IMG/VR virus record: IMGVR_UViG_3300033149_001537
Span: 1-50,095 of that record
DNA: 50,095 nucleotides
Strand: one strand, 5' to 3'
From: a virus
Taxonomy: Duplodnaviria; Caudoviricetes
Below are positions 46,178-50,095 of the stretch, one piece after another. The position numbers were made by a program, and so were the translations under genes. The notes beneath the pieces were generated by a model that worked only from the letters and a program-made list of their open reading frames with translations, was not told the DNA's origin and ran no database searches. Within the stretch, counting starts at the first letter, position 1. Every line of letters begins with the position of its first letter.

Positions 46178-46390
46178 ATGAAAGGTAAAGTAACTGTCTG
46201 GATAAGCGTTAAAGAGAGGTTGCCCGAAGAAAGTTGTATTGTTTTTTTAGAGGAACCAGAGTCTGATAGGCAGGTTTATACTGCGCATTATCATAAAAAT
46301 ATTGTTGAAATTGGTGGTAGGTTTGCTTTTGATATGCCGAAAGTCACTCATTGGATGCCTCTCCCTCTTCCCCCGAAAGAAGGCGAATGA
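46178..46390 (+). CDS. DUF551-like protein
   Basis: WISVKERLP...VTHWMPLP. Confidence 0.85.
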   Translation: MKGKVTVWISVKERLPEESCIVFLEEPESDRQVYTAHYHKNIVEIGGRFAFDMPKVTHWMPLPLPPKEGE

Positions 46391-46695
46391 TGCCTGATAA
46401 CCGGGAGCCATTAACCGTAAGAGTACGGGAAGGTACTAAAAATCGAGGCATAGCTATAGCCAAGCGGTTAAATATGAAATTCTGGGAATTTGTTGAAAGG
46501 GCTATTAAAAACGAATGTGACAGTGTTGAGACTGTGCCGGAAAGCGTAGGAGAGCGTACCAGGACAAAAATAGAGCAATTAGTATTATTAGCAGACGAAA
46601 TCCAACGGCGTAGTGACAATTTTGAGACAGAAAGCGCAAAAAAGAGTATTATAATAGAGAAAATGCAAGAAAAATCTGAGGAAAAATCTTTATGA
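46387..46695 (+). CDS. possible ribbon-helix-helix regulator
   Basis: PLTVRVRE..K....AKRLNM..WEFVERAI; ATGA overlap start. Confidence 0.5.
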   Translation: MMPDNREPLTVRVREGTKNRGIAIAKRLNMKFWEFVERAIKNECDSVETVPESVGERTRTKIEQLVLLADEIQRRSDNFETESAKKSIIIEKMQEKSEEKSL

Positions 46696-47222
46696 TAGCT
46701 ATTTATTTAATACTGGCAATGTTTTTATTAACTGCCCTATGTTTAATTATCGGCCACAAGCTGGAAGGGTGGGGTAAATGATATATTGGATAGGTGGGGT
46801 AATAGGTATTATAGATGTATTCAGGAGAAGGTGGTAGGGGATGGAAATATCACAATTTGACCAATACGATGAACGTACAAGAGAATTGGTATGCACTCTA
46901 ATGGGGATTGCTAAAAATGTATGGGCTATTGCTACAGAGACAGGCTGTGATAATTTTGAATGTGAGAACGATGAAATAATGGTAATTATTAAAAAAAAGG
47001 AATAGTGGTTGTGAGAGGAAGCGGTACAGCTATATGTACGGGAAAATATGCAAACCCGGCAAAGAGGCAGAGGCAGACTGTCGTCCGTTAAATGACTTGA
47101 AAACCGTGTTAGTGGTCAGCCCAATCAAGCCCAACCATAGGCGAGTGTATTCTCTAGGGTGCGGAAAGGTTGAAGCTGTACCGCTTTCTTCTTAAAATTA
47201 GGACGAATTAGGAGGTGTTAGG

Positions 47223-47624
47223 ATGAGAGGAATAAAATTTCGAGTACGCGATGATGATACTAAAAAGGTGTTAGGGTATGAACTGTTTAATTGTTGTTTC
47301 AATAATGGGTTTGCTTATTATTTGATAGACGATCCAGAAGAGATATTACACAGCGAATTGGGCGAGCCGCCGATGATAAAGTCCTTGTCTAGTGTTGGCA
47401 GATTGTTAAGGGAAGAGCACACCGGCCTCAAGGATAAAAACGGTAAGGAAATATATGAGGGTGATATTTGGCAGCGGGATAGTTTTGTGGGTGAGATTGT
47501 TTTTGAACATTCCGGTTGGCTTATTAAAAAGCGTCCCGAAAGTGGATGTTATAGTTATCCATCGTTTTATTCAAACGCAAAATATGGAGAAGTAATAGGT
47601 AATATCTACGAGGAGAAAGGATAG
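47223..47624 (+). CDS. YopX-family protein
   Basis: MR.IKFR, TGLKDKNGKEIYEGDI, EVIGNIYE. Confidence 0.9.
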   Translation: MRGIKFRVRDDDTKKVLGYELFNCCFNNGFAYYLIDDPEEILHSELGEPPMIKSLSSVGRLLREEHTGLKDKNGKEIYEGDIWQRDSFVGEIVFEHSGWLIKKRPESGCYSYPSFYSNAKYGEVIGNIYEEKG

Positions 47625-47628
47625 ATAT

Positions 47629-47871
47629 ATGGAATTTATAAAATACCAACGGGATGAATGGGAATTGCAAAAGTTACGTATAAATAAAATTGTAGGGCAT
47701 TGTGATGCTGCTGAACCTGAACAGTATGTTAATACGCTTCTTACGATGTTAGAAGAACGCAACGCCCGCACAGAGAAAAATTTAACTGTGATATTAAAAA
47801 AACATGCCGGTGGAATACTCCACAAGGGCACAATTGAAAAAATATTGAGAGAATTTTATGGAGCTAATTGA
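47629..47871 (+). CDS. hypothetical protein
   Basis: 80-aa ORF with RBS. Confidence 0.55.
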   Translation: MEFIKYQRDEWELQKLRINKIVGHCDAAEPEQYVNTLLTMLEERNARTEKNLTVILKKHAGGILHKGTIEKILREFYGAN

Positions 47872-48399
47872 TTGGAAAGGATAGATAGTATGGAATTAGA
47901 CACAGCAATGTCATATTTTGAGGAGCATTCTCACAGCCTTGATGATAAATTAAAAGAGGCGTGGACTGTTCTCCGGAATCACCTATGCACGTTGAACACT
48001 CGCACAGAGGACGGTAAAGAGGAGAGAGTATTGTCTTTTATGTATGAGGGTAAGAAAGTGTGGCACAAAGAAGGCTTATTATCTTATTTATTAGATGAGG
48101 AGTTGGTTTTTTGTAATAGCAGGAAATATGTATGTCTTGATGGTACTATAAAGCCAGCCACTACTGTTGTTTTTGCTGTTTGTAATGATGTTTTTGTGTG
48201 GGCATGTTCTGATGCAGAACCGATAAAACCAAGTGAGTTTCATGAGCTTTATGAATTACATGAAGACAATAAGCAATGGGGGGCTATGAAATGGGCATGT
48301 AAGAAAAGAAATCTACAACCACAAGTACCGATAGTTGTTGATATGAAAAAAGACGGTTATTGGGATGAAGAAATGGAAAGTTTAATGGAAAACAAATAA
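47872..48399 (+). CDS. hypothetical protein
   Basis: CNDVFVWACSDAE and WACKKR..QPQ segments. Confidence 0.65.
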   Translation: MERIDSMELDTAMSYFEEHSHSLDDKLKEAWTVLRNHLCTLNTRTEDGKEERVLSFMYEGKKVWHKEGLLSYLLDEELVFCNSRKYVCLDGTIKPATTVVFAVCNDVFVWACSDAEPIKPSEFHELYELHEDNKQWGAMKWACKKRNLQPQVPIVVDMKKDGYWDEEMESLMENK

Positions 48400-48402
48400 T
48401 TC

Positions 48403-48618
48403 ATGCAAATAATTGATATTATAATAGCCTACACTCCCCGTATCCTGAATGATATCTGGTTTTGGATATACAAGTGGGGCCCCTGGATAGGACTGGCGGT
48501 TGGAATTGTTGGAATAATAGCAATGGTGACTATTTTGGCCTGTTTTGGGTGGATTAAACGCCGGGAGTGGATGATAAAAGAGAAATATTTAATGAGATGT
48601 CGGGGGTGTAAATTATGA
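48403..48618 (+). CDS. membrane protein
   Basis: TM segment IGLAVGIVGIIAMVTILACFG. Confidence 0.5.
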   Translation: MQIIDIIIAYTPRILNDIWFWIYKWGPWIGLAVGIVGIIAMVTILACFGWIKRREWMIKEKYLMRCRGCKL

Positions 48619-48881
48619 AAGACAAAGATGCTGAATGGTGTGCTCAACTTAAAAACGGTGAAGAAATTAAACCACCACCTGAGCCAAAATGGATTAAAAT
48701 GTATGATGAGTTTGATTGGTTTGACCCTTTGAGCTATACATATTACCCGACCAAAAAAGAAACAAAGGAGCGGTTTAGAGAAGAGGCGACTTATTTTATA
48801 AAAAATGGGATGAATGTATGGGGGGGAAAATTAACCCCTGAAATGAGGAAAAAAATAGAATTTTTTATGGAGAAGTTGTGA
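48615..48881 (+). CDS. hypothetical protein
   Basis: ATGA-coupled 88-aa ORF. Confidence 0.55.
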   Translation: MKDKDAEWCAQLKNGEEIKPPPEPKWIKMYDEFDWFDPLSYTYYPTKKETKERFREEATYFIKNGMNVWGGKLTPEMRKKIEFFMEKL

Positions 48882-49061
48882 TACGAAAAACATTACTTAG
48901 AATAAAGCGTAAATGTAGAAAGGCAAAAGAGAATATTGAGCGCGGGACATTTGAAAATGTTGGTACTTGGTGTAATTTAATGGATTTAAGAATAAATTAT
49001 TCCCGGAAATCGATAGGACGGTTTGATTCAGGAAATTATCAGCTTAAGAATGGCTAATTTA

Positions 49062-49307
49062 TTAGATTTTTTTAAGTTCTTTTGACGCAAACGTAATCAT
49101 TTTTACCAGCGAATCAACGGTACATGTTTCTTTGTTGTCCATATATATTAAATTTCGTATGTATGTAGATTTTCCTCGTTTTTCATAAACTTCATATAAA
49201 GATTTAGGAACTACAACTGAAATTGTTTTCGATTTTTTTCCAGCTTCTAGGGTGGGCTTTTTCCCTCTCTTGTTCGCTGGAATTGGTTTAGGGTTGTAGT
49301 TTGGCAT
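49062..49307 (-). CDS. ribbon-helix-helix/CopG-like DNA-binding protein
   Basis: KTISVVVPKSLYE...STYIRNLI; AAGGA RBS on the - strand. Confidence 0.6.
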   Translation of the reverse strand: MPNYNPKPIPANKRGKKPTLEAGKKSKTISVVVPKSLYEVYEKRGKSTYIRNLIYMDNKETCTVDSLVKMITFASKELKKI

Positions 49308-49361
49308 AGTGATTTCCTTTTCGTTTTTTTCTGGTTAAAGGTTTAAATAAAGAATTGAAAA

Positions 49362-49595
49362 TTAATTATCGATTTTTTTTTCGTTTTTTTCTTCACTACA
49401 CTTGTAACAATAGCGCTCAGTTATTTCTACCAAAAACGGATTGCATATATAGTCAATGTAATTTGGTATTCTCTGAGATGTGAGCAATGAGAAGCCAAGG
49501 TGCTTCATGAAATGATTGCTCCAGAACTTGTGCATGGCGAGGCATATCCTAAAAGATAGCCATTCTCCTGATTTTGTGTAAAAGCTTTTGTCCAT
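49362..49595 (-). CDS. hypothetical protein
   Basis: 77-aa ORF in the minus-strand block. Confidence 0.45.
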   Translation of the reverse strand: MDKSFYTKSGEWLSFRICLAMHKFWSNHFMKHLGFSLLTSQRIPNYIDYICNPFLVEITERYCYKCSEEKNEKKIDN

Positions 49596-50095
49596 AGTAG
49601 TTAGTCTCGTAGTTAATTGTTGTTTAAATAGTTACAGCAAACAGTTAAACTTTTTCATCAACTTTTCGGTGTAAATCGTTGGTGCTTATCGTAGTTGTGC
49701 GTTGTAGAAATCTCAAAAGATTTTTTGCCCGAATAGTTTGTAGAAAATGGTTTGTAGTTACTTTTTACCATAGAAATACGTTGGTTTCTGTTTGGTTTTT
49801 GTCAATAAATCTCAATTAGTACGACCTCCGTAATTGCTCTGTGCGCTTCTGTGTATCAATAAGGCAATATCTTACCCTATTAATATAATGCATTGTGCGG
49901 GCTTGTGCTGTGTTTAAATGCAATCCGGCACAAGCACAAAGGCGATTATAATGTAATAGCCTTATAAATTAGTTTATAAAGCCATTGTGGAGCTAAAAAA
50001 ATATTTATTCTAAGTCTTCCAGTCCAAGTGCCTCCGTCATATAGTTATGTATCTTGGTTATGTCTTCACGTTTAATGTTTTGGATAGTAAAATTG

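Noticed and set aside
47040-47130. tRNA-Ser(UGA)-like anticodon motif CTTGAAAACC
   Set aside because: No acceptor stem or T-arm (GTTCRA) in the right register.

Overview
The window looks like a near-complete or complete ~50 kb genome of a lambda-like tailed dsDNA phage (long non-contractile tail; no sheath gene seen). Almost all genes are on the + strand, in this order: terminase (0.8-3.7 kb), accessory genes, head (gpW-like, lambda-type portal, protease-capsid fusion, three DUF2190-like decoration paralogues), neck and tail (tube, frameshifted chaperones, tape measure, hub), a glycan-modification cluster (25.4-31.9 kb), tail fibre, then early genes (exonuclease and ERF, VRR-NUC, replication initiator, DNA methyltransferase, YopX). 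No integrase, repressor or endolysin was recognised. Three things stand out. (1) A self-contained transcription unit at 4.72-5.88 kb: promoter, 42-aa Zn-ribbon gene, stand-alone Cas7/RAMP-like gene, ~340 nt non-coding array with 5-nt periodicity (NGC/NGT + variable NN, broken into blocks by hexamers), terminator. This is a candidate non-CRISPR RNA-guided system. (2) An integrase-less array of ~11 integron-like gene cassettes with attC-like hairpins at 36.7-40.9 kb. (3) Poly-serine tracts on five virion proteins (up to ~290 codons) together with phage glycosyltransferases, suggesting a glycosylated virion. All family calls are by eye from motifs and synteny; no database search was run.
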